Positions 8,018-16,745 are shown, counted from the first letter of the stretch. The stretch: 43,273 nt of DNA from Planctomycetota bacterium (GCA_029259795.1 JAJDEM010000052.1:1-43273), one strand, 5' to 3'. Numbers and translations are program-made. The notes: generated from the letters alone by a model not told the origin.

Positions 8018-11000
8018 ATGCATCGCTCGACCGTATGGCTCACCCGCTCCCTCCCTCTCCTTCGCCGGGTCTCCCGGGCCGGAGCGCTGGTGGGCTTCGC
8101 GTTCCTGCTTGTCGGGGTCCCGTCCCTCGTCGGCGTCGCGCCCGCGAACGCCGGCGATGACGAGAAGGCGCGCAAGGGGTTCGACTTCGGCACGGAGGAC
8201 GCCGGTCCGACCGATGCCGGGAAGACCGGTTCGTCGAAGGGGCGCGCCGCCGATCGCCCCGGCCCGCGTGGGGAACTCCAGGTCGAGATCGCGGAGCTCC
8301 GCTCCTGGCCGGATCGCAAGGCCACCCGCGCCGCCGAGAAGCTCTTCCTCCGCGGCAGCGAGGTGGTGCCGCATCTCGTGCAGGTCCTCGACGCCGACGA
8401 CGCCGAGTCGATTGCGGCGCAGGCCGGCGCAGCGTGGGTGCTCGGCAAGATTGGCGAGCCGACGCATGTCCTGGCCATCCTCCGCTCGGCCGCCAAGCGA
8501 TCGAACGCCAGCCGCGCCGCCGTGTTCTTCAAGGCGGCCTACGGCTTGGATGCGGACGTCACGCGCAAGTGGCTCATCAGCTTCCTGACGCTCTCCACCA
8601 AGCCGGTCTTCCGCGACGCGGCGGCCGCCTTCCTGGCCACCAAGGTGGGGGAGCGCGATCAGGATCGTGTGCTCGCGCTGCTCGACGCCGACAAGCCGCA
8701 CGTGCGCATCGCCGGGTTGCGCTTGCTGGTGCCGTCCCGTGTGGCCGACGCCGACGAGCGCCTGCTCACCGCGCTCTCCGACCTATCGCAGTCCGTGGCG
8801 TACGAGTCCACGCGCCTGCTCGCGCAACGCGGCACCCCCGCGATGGTGAAGCGCCTCAACGGCTACGCGCGCGACTCCGGAGCACGGGAGCGCTCGTACG
8901 CGATTCTCGCCTTGGTCGAGATCGCCCGCGCCACAAGTGCCAACCCCTTCGAGGAGGAGACCATCGCCGAGCTCACCGGGCGGCGGGGGCTCCTGCACCC
9001 CGAGAAGCTGCCCCGCGGTACGGCCGCAGTCGGCCTCGCATTCGGCGCTCTCGACTCGCGTGACCCGAACGTCGCCGTCCTGTTGGACGGTCGCGTGATC
9101 GACACGCTGATCAACACACTCGGCGGCGCCCACTTCCGCGACTTCGGAAGCTTCGCGCCGAGCGCGTTTGCCGCCCTGCGGCGCCTCTCCGGCAAGGACA
9201 TCCCGGACACCGCGGTTGCGTGGGCACAGTGGTGGCGGGATGCTCGGGCGAAGTTCCGGGCGCGCCGTCCGCTGCAGAGTCTCGACCCGACGGACGTCTC
9301 GCAGGCCTACGTGCAGTTCGAGGCCATCGAGGCGACCGGTCGCCGACTGCAGGCCTCGTTCGTGGCCGAGGGCGGCGCGGAGCGCAGGGGAGCCTTCCTC
9401 CTCAATCGCCGGGCGTTCGAAGGCCTCGTTGGCTTCTTGGAGGGCGAAGGCCTCTTCGACACCCGGGATAGCGGCGGAGCCCGAGCCAACGAGCATGTCG
9501 GCGTCACGCTGGGCGTCATGAACCAGCGCCGCCGCATGGCAGTCAGCGCCGAGCTCGTCGGTGCCGGTGAGGTCGAGCAGCGCGCGAACGCCGCGCGCTA
9601 CCAGCGCATCAAGTTGCGCATGGACGCACTCGTCGAAGCCAACATCTGGCAGCGCTACCGCGACGCCGACAAGTGGCCGGATCACCTGAGTTGGTGGAAG
9701 ACCAATGCCGAGCCCCTCGCCCAGGCCTCGCCCGTCGAGCGGCGCGCGATGCTCCAGAGCGGGATCGTGTACTCCTACGACGACCTGCCCGACGAGGTGG
9801 CGCGTGCCGAGGCGCTCGCGCGCCTGCAGTCCATGAAGGTCCAGCTGACGGCCTCCGAGGCGAGCCACCTTGCCGCGCAGCTCGCCTCGGGCGAGGCGTT
9901 CGGCCGGATGGAAGCCGACGGGTTGACCTGGATCATCGGCCAGGGCCACGCGGGTGCCCGCGAGGAGATGATCGAGGCCGTCGGCAAGCGCAAGGAGGCG
10001 GATGCTCAGCGCATTCTCGCCGGCCTGCTGCTCGAGGGCGGTGTCGAGCGGGTTCGCAAGGGGTTCGCCGACGAGCGCCCCTCGATGCGCGCCGCGGCGG
10101 CCCACGCCGCCCGCCTCTTCGTCGAGAGCGATGCGGCCCGGGCGTTGAGCTCCGAGCAACGCGTCGCCGCCTACGACCGGCTGCGTCCCGGGCTCGAGGT
10201 GCTCAGCCTCGACGATGACCCGGCGGTCTCGGTGCGGGCCCTGCTCTCTCTGGCCTACTTGGGCGAGGCAGGCATCGTGAAGAAGCTCGAAGGCCTCTAC
10301 CGAGGCGGCGCCTTCGGCGTGAAGCTCGAGGTCACGCGCGCGCTCGGCTACATCCCCGGTCGCGGCGCCCATCACATGCTCACCCGCGTCATGGCGGAGG
10401 AGCGCAAGGACGGCGACTCCGGCGCGCTGCGTGCAGCGGCCTTGGAGTCCATGGCCCGCACGGGGCACAAGGACTCCGTGCGCCTGCTGCGCTTCTACCT
10501 GCTGAACGACCGTGACGAGCAGGTGCAGAGTGCCGCGGGCCGCGTGTTGGCGGAGCTTGGCACGGACGAGGCACGCTTTGCCATCGTCGAGCACCTCACC
10601 GGTGGCGAGCCGGACCCGGTCCGGCGCGCTCGCTGCGTGGGGGTGCTTGGGCAGTTTGAGTCCGAGCTTGTCCCGGTCATGCTGCGGCGCTACCTCGGCG
10701 ATCGAGACCACCGTGTGCAGGCCGCGGCAGCGCTTGGGGCGGCAGCGCACAACATGGGCGAGGCGTTCCCGTTCCTGCTGCAGCTGCTGCGCAAGGGCGT
10801 GGGAGCCCAGCGTGACGAGGCGCGCATGGCGCTCGAGAACCTGACCTCCGTGCGGTTCGTCGAGGCGGGCTACACCGCGCTCGCTCAGCGTTACGAACAG
10901 TGGTACGAGGATCCGCGGGTCAAGGGCCGCTCGGATCGGGCCTGGTTCCGCGCAGCCCTGAAGCGCGAGGGCTACGACGTCGGACCCCTGGCGAGCTACC

Positions 11001-11233
11001 TCGAGAACGAGCAGGACCTCAGCGCCGTGCCGTTGCTGACGCGTGCCCTGCGGGACCGGGATCCGATCCTTCGCCGCAATGCAGCGGTCGCGCTGACGCG
11101 CCTCACGGGCCGAACCTTCGGCAAGGTCGAGCGGAGCATGTCGCTCGCTGATGCCGAACGGATTGCCGATCAGTGGGCCGACTGGTACGTGCGCCTGCGT
11201 GCCAGCGTGAAGAAGCCCGGCTCCGGCCGGTAG
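8018..11233 (+). CDS. Large secreted or membrane-anchored HEAT/armadillo-type repeat protein (hypothetical)
   Basis: 1071 aa with an ATG start. Hydrophobic N-terminus: GALVGFAFLLVGVPSLVGVAPANA. HEAT-like units recur (DPAVSVRALLSLAYLG, DRDEQVQSAAGRVLAELG, DRDHRVQAAAALGAAA, DRDPILRRNAAVALTRL). Confidence 0.85.
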   Translation: MHRSTVWLTRSLPLLRRVSRAGALVGFAFLLVGVPSLVGVAPANAGDDEKARKGFDFGTEDAGPTDAGKTGSSKGRAADRPGPRGELQVEIAELRSWPDRKATRAAEKLFLRGSEVVPHLVQVLDADDAESIAAQAGAAWVLGKIGEPTHVLAILRSAAKRSNASRAAVFFKAAYGLDADVTRKWLISFLTLSTKPVFRDAAAAFLATKVGERDQDRVLALLDADKPHVRIAGLRLLVPSRVADADERLLTALSDLSQSVAYESTRLLAQRGTPAMVKRLNGYARDSGARERSYAILALVEIARATSANPFEEETIAELTGRRGLLHPEKLPRGTAAVGLAFGALDSRDPNVAVLLDGRVIDTLINTLGGAHFRDFGSFAPSAFAALRRLSGKDIPDTAVAWAQWWRDARAKFRARRPLQSLDPTDVSQAYVQFEAIEATGRRLQASFVAEGGAERRGAFLLNRRAFEGLVGFLEGEGLFDTRDSGGARANEHVGVTLGVMNQRRRMAVSAELVGAGEVEQRANAARYQRIKLRMDALVEANIWQRYRDADKWPDHLSWWKTNAEPLAQASPVERRAMLQSGIVYSYDDLPDEVARAEALARLQSMKVQLTASEASHLAAQLASGEAFGRMEADGLTWIIGQGHAGAREEMIEAVGKRKEADAQRILAGLLLEGGVERVRKGFADERPSMRAAAAHAARLFVESDAARALSSEQRVAAYDRLRPGLEVLSLDDDPAVSVRALLSLAYLGEAGIVKKLEGLYRGGAFGVKLEVTRALGYIPGRGAHHMLTRVMAEERKDGDSGALRAAALESMARTGHKDSVRLLRFYLLNDRDEQVQSAAGRVLAELGTDEARFAIVEHLTGGEPDPVRRARCVGVLGQFESELVPVMLRRYLGDRDHRVQAAAALGAAAHNMGEAFPFLLQLLRKGVGAQRDEARMALENLTSVRFVEAGYTALAQRYEQWYEDPRVKGRSDRAWFRAALKREGYDVGPLASYLENEQDLSAVPLLTRALRDRDPILRRNAAVALTRLTGRTFGKVERSMSLADAERIADQWADWYVRLRASVKKPGSGR

Positions 11234-11238
11234 TCGCG

Positions 11239-11781
11239 ATGCGTTGGCCCGTCGTCGTCGGGGCGCTGCTTGTCGCATTGATCGTTGGCTCCTGGTTCGG
11301 TCGGCAGCGCGTAACGCGTGCCCCGGACCTGGGCGAGCACCAGAACGCCATCGCTGCGGCGGCGGAGGAGTTCCAGCTCGATCCGCATCTCCTACGAGCC
11401 CTCGTGGCGGTGGAGAGTGGCGGTGATCCGCGGGCGGTCAGCCGCGCCGGCGCCATTGGCTTGACCCAACTCATGCCGCCCACGGCGCGCGAGCAGGCGG
11501 AGCGGCTCGGCGTCAGCGACTATGCCCAGGAACGCCTGACGGAACCTGCCCTGAACCTGCGACTGGGAGCGTCCTATCTCGCGCGCCTGCTGATGCGCTT
11601 TGACGGCTCCGAGCCGTTCGCCCTGGCCGCCTACAACGCCGGCCCCCAGAACGTGATCCGCTGGCGCGAAGCGGCCCCGGATGTGTCTCCGCAGGGCGTG
11701 ATCGATCGCGAGGGCTTTGCCGAGACGCGCAAGCACGTGCGCCGCGTGCTGCGCTACCGCGCGGCGTATGCCGCGCGGTAG
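11239..11781 (+). CDS. Membrane-anchored lytic transglycosylase (SLT / GH23 domain)
   Basis: The ATG at 11239 is 5 nt after the HEAT-protein stop. TM helix: MRWPVVVGALLVALIVGSWF. SLT motifs: AVESGGDPRAVSRAGAIGLTQLMP and AAYNAGPQNV. Confidence 0.9.
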   Translation: MRWPVVVGALLVALIVGSWFGRQRVTRAPDLGEHQNAIAAAAEEFQLDPHLLRALVAVESGGDPRAVSRAGAIGLTQLMPPTAREQAERLGVSDYAQERLTEPALNLRLGASYLARLLMRFDGSEPFALAAYNAGPQNVIRWREAAPDVSPQGVIDREGFAETRKHVRRVLRYRAAYAAR

Positions 11782-11888
11782 CTCGCGCTTCGGTCGGCGT
11801 CTGCCCCTGCACCTCGAGGAGCCTTGTCGCCGTTGGGGCGCGGCTCGCGACGGCATCAGCCCGCAGCAGGTGGCCTTTCAGACAGGCC

Positions 11889-13727
11889 CTAGCCGCCCAG
11901 CTGCATCAGGAACTCGGCGTTCGTCGAGCACGACTTCATCTTGTCGCGCAGCGCGACCATGACACCCTGCGGGTCCTGGCCGGTGATGCCGCGCCGCAGG
12001 AGCGTTACCCGTCGCAGCTCCTCCGGATGCAGGAGCAGGTCCTCGTTGCGCGTCCCCGAGGCGGGCACGTCGATGGCCGGCCATACCCGGGCGTTGGCCA
12101 TGTCGCGGCTGAGCACGAGCTCCATGTTGCCGGTGCCCTTGAACTCCTCGAAGATGACTTCGTCCATGCGGCTGCCCGTGTCGACGAGCGCGGTGGCAAC
12201 GATGGTGAGGCTGCCGCCGTCCTCGACGTTGCGGGCGGAGCCGAAGAAGCGCTTGGGCTTGGTGAGCGCCTTGGCGTCCAAGCCGCCCGAGAGGATGCGC
12301 CCGCTGCCGCCGGTCTGGTTGTTGTAGGCGCGCCCCATGCGTGTGATCGAGTCCAGGAGCAGCACGACGTGCCGCCCGTACTCGACCATGCGCTTTACCT
12401 TCTCGACGACCAACTCCGCCACGCGCACGTGGTTGCTCGCCGGCTTGTCGAAGGTGGAGGCGATCACTTCGCCGCGCACCGAACGCCGCATGTTGGTGAC
12501 CTCCTCCGGTCGCTCGTCGACCAGCAGGACGACGATGTCGACGTCGGGGCTGTTGGCGGCGATGGCGTCGGCCAGCTTCGTCAGCATGATCGTCTTGCCC
12601 GTTCGCGGCGGCGCGACGATCAAGCCGCGCTGCCCGCGGCCCAGCGGGCAGAAGAGATCCATGACCCGCATCTCGATGTCTTCCGGCGTCGTCTCGAGCG
12701 GCAGGCGCTCGTCGGGGTAGACGACCGTCAGCTTGTCGAACGGCGTGAGATCCTGGAGTTTCTCCGGCGACTCGTGATTGACCTCCTCGACGGTCTGCAG
12801 CGCGAGCTGGGCCTGGTTCGGCCGCGGCTGGCTGGCCTTGCCGGCGATCCAGTGGCCTGCCTGCAGGCCGACCTTGCGGATCAGGCCGGCCGCGACGTAG
12901 ACGTCGGCCGGGTGCTGGCTGTAGCTGCGCTCCATGCGCCGTAGGAAACCGTAGCCGTCGGGGTGCAGCTCGAGAAGTCCAGCAACCTCGACGAGTTCGC
13001 GGGGCGCTTCGTCGCGAGCGGGCGCACGCTCCCGTCCGCCGCGTGCGTCCCGGCGCGGCGGGCGGGCCTCCTGGATGAGCCGGACGATGAGCTCGCTCTT
13101 CGACTCGCGGTCCTTGGTCTCGATGCCGACGCGGCGCGCGAGGGCGGCAATGTCGTCGTCGGTCAACTCATCGAGCGCCGAGACATGTTCGTCGCCTCGG
13201 CGGACCTTCTCGAGCAGGCGTGTGTGCGCAGCGGGCACCGGGCGGCGGCGCTTTCGGCGCGAGCCGCGTCCGCCGCGTTCCTCGCGCGGCGTACGGGCGG
13301 GCATGTCGTCCTCGTCGGGCAACGGCGGGATGTCGCGATCCGGAAGCGGCGGGATGGCGCGGCGCGTCCGCGGCGGAAGGGCTCCGCCAGCGGCCGTACC
13401 GGCGGCCGCGACCCGGCGCCGGCCGCGCCGCAGGCCGACCGACTCGGGTGCGGCCGGCGCGTCGTCCGCGGCCGCGGGCTCATCGACTGCCGGTGCCGGG
13501 GAGGCTGCCGCCGCCTTCTTCTTCGGAGCGGCCTTCTTCTTGGCGGCCGCCTTCTTCTTGGGGGCGGCCCTCTTCTTGGCGGCCGCCTTCTTCTTTGCGG
13601 CGGCCTTCTTCTTGGGCGCAGCCTTCTTCTTGGGCGCAGCCTTCTTCTTCGCGGCGGCCTTCTTCTTGGGCGTCGCCTTCTTCTTGGCAGCCGCCTTCTT
13701 CTTCGCGGCCTTCTTCTTCGCAGCCAT
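11889..13727 (-). CDS. rho: Transcription termination factor Rho with a long basic N-terminal extension
   Basis: From ORF 11889..13841(-), trimmed to the ATG at 13725-13727 (MAAKKK...). Shows the CSD (LELHPDGYGFLR), Walker A (APPRTGKT), LLVDERPEEVT and LLLDSITR; the C-terminus is intact. Confidence 0.95.
   Translation of the reverse strand: MAAKKKAAKKKAAAKKKATPKKKAAAKKKAAPKKKAAPKKKAAAKKKAAAKKRAAPKKKAAAKKKAAPKKKAAAASPAPAVDEPAAADDAPAAPESVGLRRGRRRVAAAGTAAGGALPPRTRRAIPPLPDRDIPPLPDEDDMPARTPREERGGRGSRRKRRRPVPAAHTRLLEKVRRGDEHVSALDELTDDDIAALARRVGIETKDRESKSELIVRLIQEARPPRRDARGGRERAPARDEAPRELVEVAGLLELHPDGYGFLRRMERSYSQHPADVYVAAGLIRKVGLQAGHWIAGKASQPRPNQAQLALQTVEEVNHESPEKLQDLTPFDKLTVVYPDERLPLETTPEDIEMRVMDLFCPLGRGQRGLIVAPPRTGKTIMLTKLADAIAANSPDVDIVVLLVDERPEEVTNMRRSVRGEVIASTFDKPASNHVRVAELVVEKVKRMVEYGRHVVLLLDSITRMGRAYNNQTGGSGRILSGGLDAKALTKPKRFFGSARNVEDGGSLTIVATALVDTGSRMDEVIFEEFKGTGNMELVLSRDMANARVWPAIDVPASGTRNEDLLLHPEELRRVTLLRRGITGQDPQGVMVALRDKMKSCSTNAEFLMQLGG
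13505..13724 (-). repeat. Coding tandem repeat encoding (KKKAA[A/P])n at the Rho N-terminus
   Basis: Plus-strand periodic gccgccttcttcttggc-type units. They translate as AAKKKAAKKKAAAKKKATPKKKAAAKKKAAPKKKAAPKKK... (about 70 aa). Confidence 0.9.
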
Positions 13728-13764
13728 CGGGGTGGACTCCGTGGTGGGTTGCTTTCTGGGCGCC

Positions 13765-14481
13765 CTACGAGGCGGGCTCGCCCAGGGTGGGGTTGCTGGG
13801 CTGGCAGCCCAGGGAGGCGAGGCCGGCGAGGAGCTGGGCATCCAGCGCTTCGGCGGACTCGTCGTTTCGGATGATGAGATCGGCGCGGGCGCGTTTGCGC
13901 TCCCGGGGGCTCTGCAGGGCTTCGCGCGCGCGGATCGCCTCGAGGGTGAGACCGCGCTCGGCGAGGCGGGCGGCGCGGACGTCGTCCGGCACCTCGACGT
14001 ACCAGAGCGCGTCGCAGCGGCGGTCGAGGCCGGTTTCGATCAGGAGTGGCACGTCGAGGACAAGGACGCTCGTGCCGTCGCCCGCGTGGAAGACCTCGAG
14101 CGCGGCCTTGATGGCGGCCTGCACGGGCGGGTGGAGCAAGCCCTCCAGTTGGCGCAGGAGAGCGGGCTCCGTGAAGACCCTGGCGCCCAGCGCCGCGACA
14201 TCGGGCCGACCGTCGCGCACGAAGCCCTCCCCGAGGGTCGCCGCCAGCTGACCATCCTGGGCGAACGCGGCCAGCGCCTCGTGCGCCAGGGCGTCGGCCT
14301 CGATGACCCGCCCGCCGGTGAGCGTGCCGATCCGCCGGGCCACGTGGCTCTTGCCGCTGCCGATCCCGCCGAGCAGCCCCAGCACAACCCGTGCGCCCCC
14401 CGGGCCGTCCGCAGGGCGCGGGGGCTCGGGGGTGCCGGTGCGTTGAGGGGGGATGGACGGGGCCAGGGGTTCATTCCTCAT
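13765..14481 (-). CDS. coaE: Dephospho-CoA kinase
   Basis: From ORF 13765..14625(-), trimmed to the ATG at 14479-14481. P-loop: LLGGIGSGKSHVAR. The stop is 37 nt upstream of the rho start. An alternative GTG at 14383-14385 would put the P-loop at the canonical distance from the N-terminus. Confidence 0.88.
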   Translation of the reverse strand: MRNEPLAPSIPPQRTGTPEPPRPADGPGGARVVLGLLGGIGSGKSHVARRIGTLTGGRVIEADALAHEALAAFAQDGQLAATLGEGFVRDGRPDVAALGARVFTEPALLRQLEGLLHPPVQAAIKAALEVFHAGDGTSVLVLDVPLLIETGLDRRCDALWYVEVPDDVRAARLAERGLTLEAIRAREALQSPRERKRARADLIIRNDESAEALDAQLLAGLASLGCQPSNPTLGEPAS

Positions 14482-14708
14482 GCAAAAAAGCAGGTCATCC
14501 GGGCGCAGCCGGCCCGAACAGCCACCAAACAGGTGCCCGTGGTGGGGGCGTGCCTGCGGGGGGGCCGACCTGTGGGCGTGACCTACAGGCACGGTTCGCG
14601 CCAGGTGCGAGGCCGGAGGCCTCAAGCCGTGGGGGGCTGCTCACACGCTCGAAATGGCGATGCGGAGCCCAAAAGCGACCAGCGGGGCGGCCCGTCGATC
14701 CGCGGACC

Positions 14709-14736
14709 ACTCTAGGGAGGCCTCCGGGGGGGTCAA
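14709..14736 (-). promoter_or_regulatory. Candidate sigma70-like promoter for coaE-rho (TTGACC-N16-TAGAGT)
   Basis: On the minus strand: TTGACC (14731-14736), a 16-nt spacer containing the palindrome GGAGGCCTCC, then TAGAGT (14709-14714). This predicts a ~220-nt leader before the coaE ATG. Confidence 0.35.
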
Positions 14737-14791
14737 GCGGAACCCTGGACCCCAAATGGATTTGCGTCTTGTTGGACCACCATTCCGGATG

Positions 14792-14821
14792 TTGACGGTC
14801 GGTCACGGGCGCTGCTACCTT
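14792..14821 (+). promoter_or_regulatory. Candidate sigma70-like promoter for the coiled-coil gene (TTGACG-N18-TACCTT)
   Basis: TTGACG at 14792-14797 and TACCTT at 14816-14821. It is divergent from the coaE candidate promoter, ~55 bp away. Motif match only. Confidence 0.3.
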
Positions 14822-14939
14822 TGTCCGCGGGTGGGAGGCCGACCTGCGAACAGACGTGGGCCGGTTCCTGATTCATGTGCGTCCGTGCTTTCGTCAGCGC
14901 GGGCCGTTTCAACACACAAGGACGGACTGGAGATCGGAC

Positions 14940-16670
14940 ATGCAGTCCCTTCGTAATCACATTTCGCGTACTCAGACCTCAGCGGGTCGCCAACTCGGCT
15001 CGACCAACTGGGCGTTCATCATCGCGCTGCTCGTCGCGCTCGTCTTCATCTGGTTGTGGTTCCAAGAAACCGACAAGCAGGAGAAGCACGCCTCGGACAT
15101 CGCCCTGCTCAAGCAGCAGAACGGTGAGATCAACGCCGAGGGCGCCATGCTTGCTGACAAGCTGGTCGAACTCAGCAATGTCGTGGGCTACAAGGGCCCC
15201 AACATCACGCTGAGCAAGATCACGCGCAACAACACCAGCTTCACGATCAGTGACGCGGCGCAGATCAAGCTCAACTTCGACCCCGAGGGGGTCGTCGCTG
15301 GCGCCGAGGAAGGCTCCACGCAGGACGGGGTCTTGAAGAAGATCATCGCCGCTGCGCAGCTGACCTTCGAGCGCGAGGCTCGCCTGCACACCACGACGAC
15401 CGGCAAGGAGACGGAACACAAGTTCACGACGCTCAGCACGGCCTTCAAGGAGAAGCAGGCTGCTGTCCAGGCCCAGTGGGAGGACATGAAGTTCAGCAAG
15501 CCCATCGCCCCGGCCGATCCGGACGACGAGCAGGGCAAGGCGCGCTACCTGACCGAGCTCCAAGAGTGGGAAGACAAGGTCAAGCGTTACCATGAGGCGC
15601 TTGCCGAGCTCTCGGGCATGGCTGGCTGGAAAGAGTACACCGCGCGCATCGCCGCGCCGGGTACCTGGGGCGACATCACCAAGGCTGGTGTGACCGTTCA
15701 GTTCTACCAGTACCAGGAGTCGGGCACGCGCACGATTGAGGCGGCTATGGCCGGCCTCGACACCGCGTTCGAGCGCATCGGCGGCGAGCTTCGCGCGAAC
15801 ATGCAGACATGGGGTCAGGAGGTCTCGCAGCTCCGCAAGGACACCGCGGCCAAGGAAGCGTCCATCACGGACCTCAACGGCCAGCTGCAGGCCGAGCAGG
15901 AAGCCCACACCAACGACGTGAGCCAGCTCCAGGACCGCATCACGCAGGAGACCGAGCGCGCCAACCGCAACGCGATCAAGGCGACGAACGCCGAGAACGA
16001 GAAGGCCAAGGCAGTCGAGGATGCCGGCAAGACTGTCGCCAGCCTCAACCGTGACCTCGAAGCCCGCCGCGAGCAGAACCGTCTTCTCAAGGAGAAGCAG
16101 GATCTCAAGATCGCCCGCGATGATGTGGACGGCACGGTCCTGATGGCCAACAGCACGCTGGGTACCGCGATGATCGACCTCGGTCACAAGGACAAGGCGT
16201 ACGTCGGCCAGAAGTTCGTCGTCAGTGCTCTCGATCGTGCGGGCAACCGCGTGAACAAGGGTGAGCTCATGGTCGTGCGCGTCACCGGCGACCATGTCGC
16301 CAAGTGCCGCATCCTCTCGGGTTCCGCCGGTCGTGCCGACCGCATCCACAACCCCTTCTACGCACCCGGCGATCGCATTTACGTGTACTTCGCTGCGAAG
16401 TTGGACAAGTGGCCCAAGGACATGGCTACCGAGCGCCTCGCCAAGATGAACGTTGTTGTCCAGAGCGCCCCCAACGGCGACACGACCTACATCATCGTTC
16501 CCAACAGCTGGGCCGCTCCGGTCGAGACCTCGGGCGACGACGATGAGGATGAGGGCGACGACGAGGGCACGTCGGCGACGACGCCGCTCGAGCAGGCCCA
16601 GAAGACCGCGCGCCTCTTCGGCGCCAACGTCATCACGGAGCGTCTCCTCGACGCGTTCCTGGACTACTAG
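14940..16670 (+). CDS. Membrane-anchored coiled-coil protein with beta-rich and BRCT-like C-terminal segments (hypothetical)
   Basis: From ORF 14856..16670, trimmed to the ATG at 14940, which is preceded by ggag. TM helix: WAFIIALLVALVFIWLWF. A long charged Q/E/K/A-rich heptad-like region follows. The residue composition is natural, unlike the 660-aa antisense ORF. Confidence 0.8.
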   Translation: MQSLRNHISRTQTSAGRQLGSTNWAFIIALLVALVFIWLWFQETDKQEKHASDIALLKQQNGEINAEGAMLADKLVELSNVVGYKGPNITLSKITRNNTSFTISDAAQIKLNFDPEGVVAGAEEGSTQDGVLKKIIAAAQLTFEREARLHTTTTGKETEHKFTTLSTAFKEKQAAVQAQWEDMKFSKPIAPADPDDEQGKARYLTELQEWEDKVKRYHEALAELSGMAGWKEYTARIAAPGTWGDITKAGVTVQFYQYQESGTRTIEAAMAGLDTAFERIGGELRANMQTWGQEVSQLRKDTAAKEASITDLNGQLQAEQEAHTNDVSQLQDRITQETERANRNAIKATNAENEKAKAVEDAGKTVASLNRDLEARREQNRLLKEKQDLKIARDDVDGTVLMANSTLGTAMIDLGHKDKAYVGQKFVVSALDRAGNRVNKGELMVVRVTGDHVAKCRILSGSAGRADRIHNPFYAPGDRIYVYFAAKLDKWPKDMATERLAKMNVVVQSAPNGDTTYIIVPNSWAAPVETSGDDDEDEGDDEGTSATTPLEQAQKTARLFGANVITERLLDAFLDY

Positions 16671-16709
16671 CCCTTCGGCTGGCGCCGGCAGACCCCTGCT
16701 GGTTGCGAC

Positions 16710-16745
16710 GGAGCCCGGCCATGCGGCCGGGCTCCTGTCATTTTT
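16710..16745 (+). terminator. Rho-independent terminator
   Basis: Perfect 11-bp GC-rich stem ggagcccggcc / ggccgggctcc with loop atgc, followed by tgtcattttt. It lies 40 nt after the coiled-coil gene stop. Confidence 0.8.

Noticed and set aside
14482-14708. Known structured RNAs (SRP/4.5S, 6S, tmRNA, RNase P) in the long coaE upstream region.
   Set aside because: I could not find the diagnostic motifs: the SRP domain IV GGAA/AGCA pattern, RNase P GAGGAAAGUCC, or a tmRNA tRNA-like end. I report it only as an unexplained leader.
12027-14715. Long + strand ORFs over the rho and coaE region (12027..12944, 12963..13874, 13075..14715, 13220..14251).
   Set aside because: They are antisense to clearly identifiable Rho and CoaE. 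The AAFFL/LLLGG repeats are simply the reverse-complement reading of the KKKAA coding repeat.
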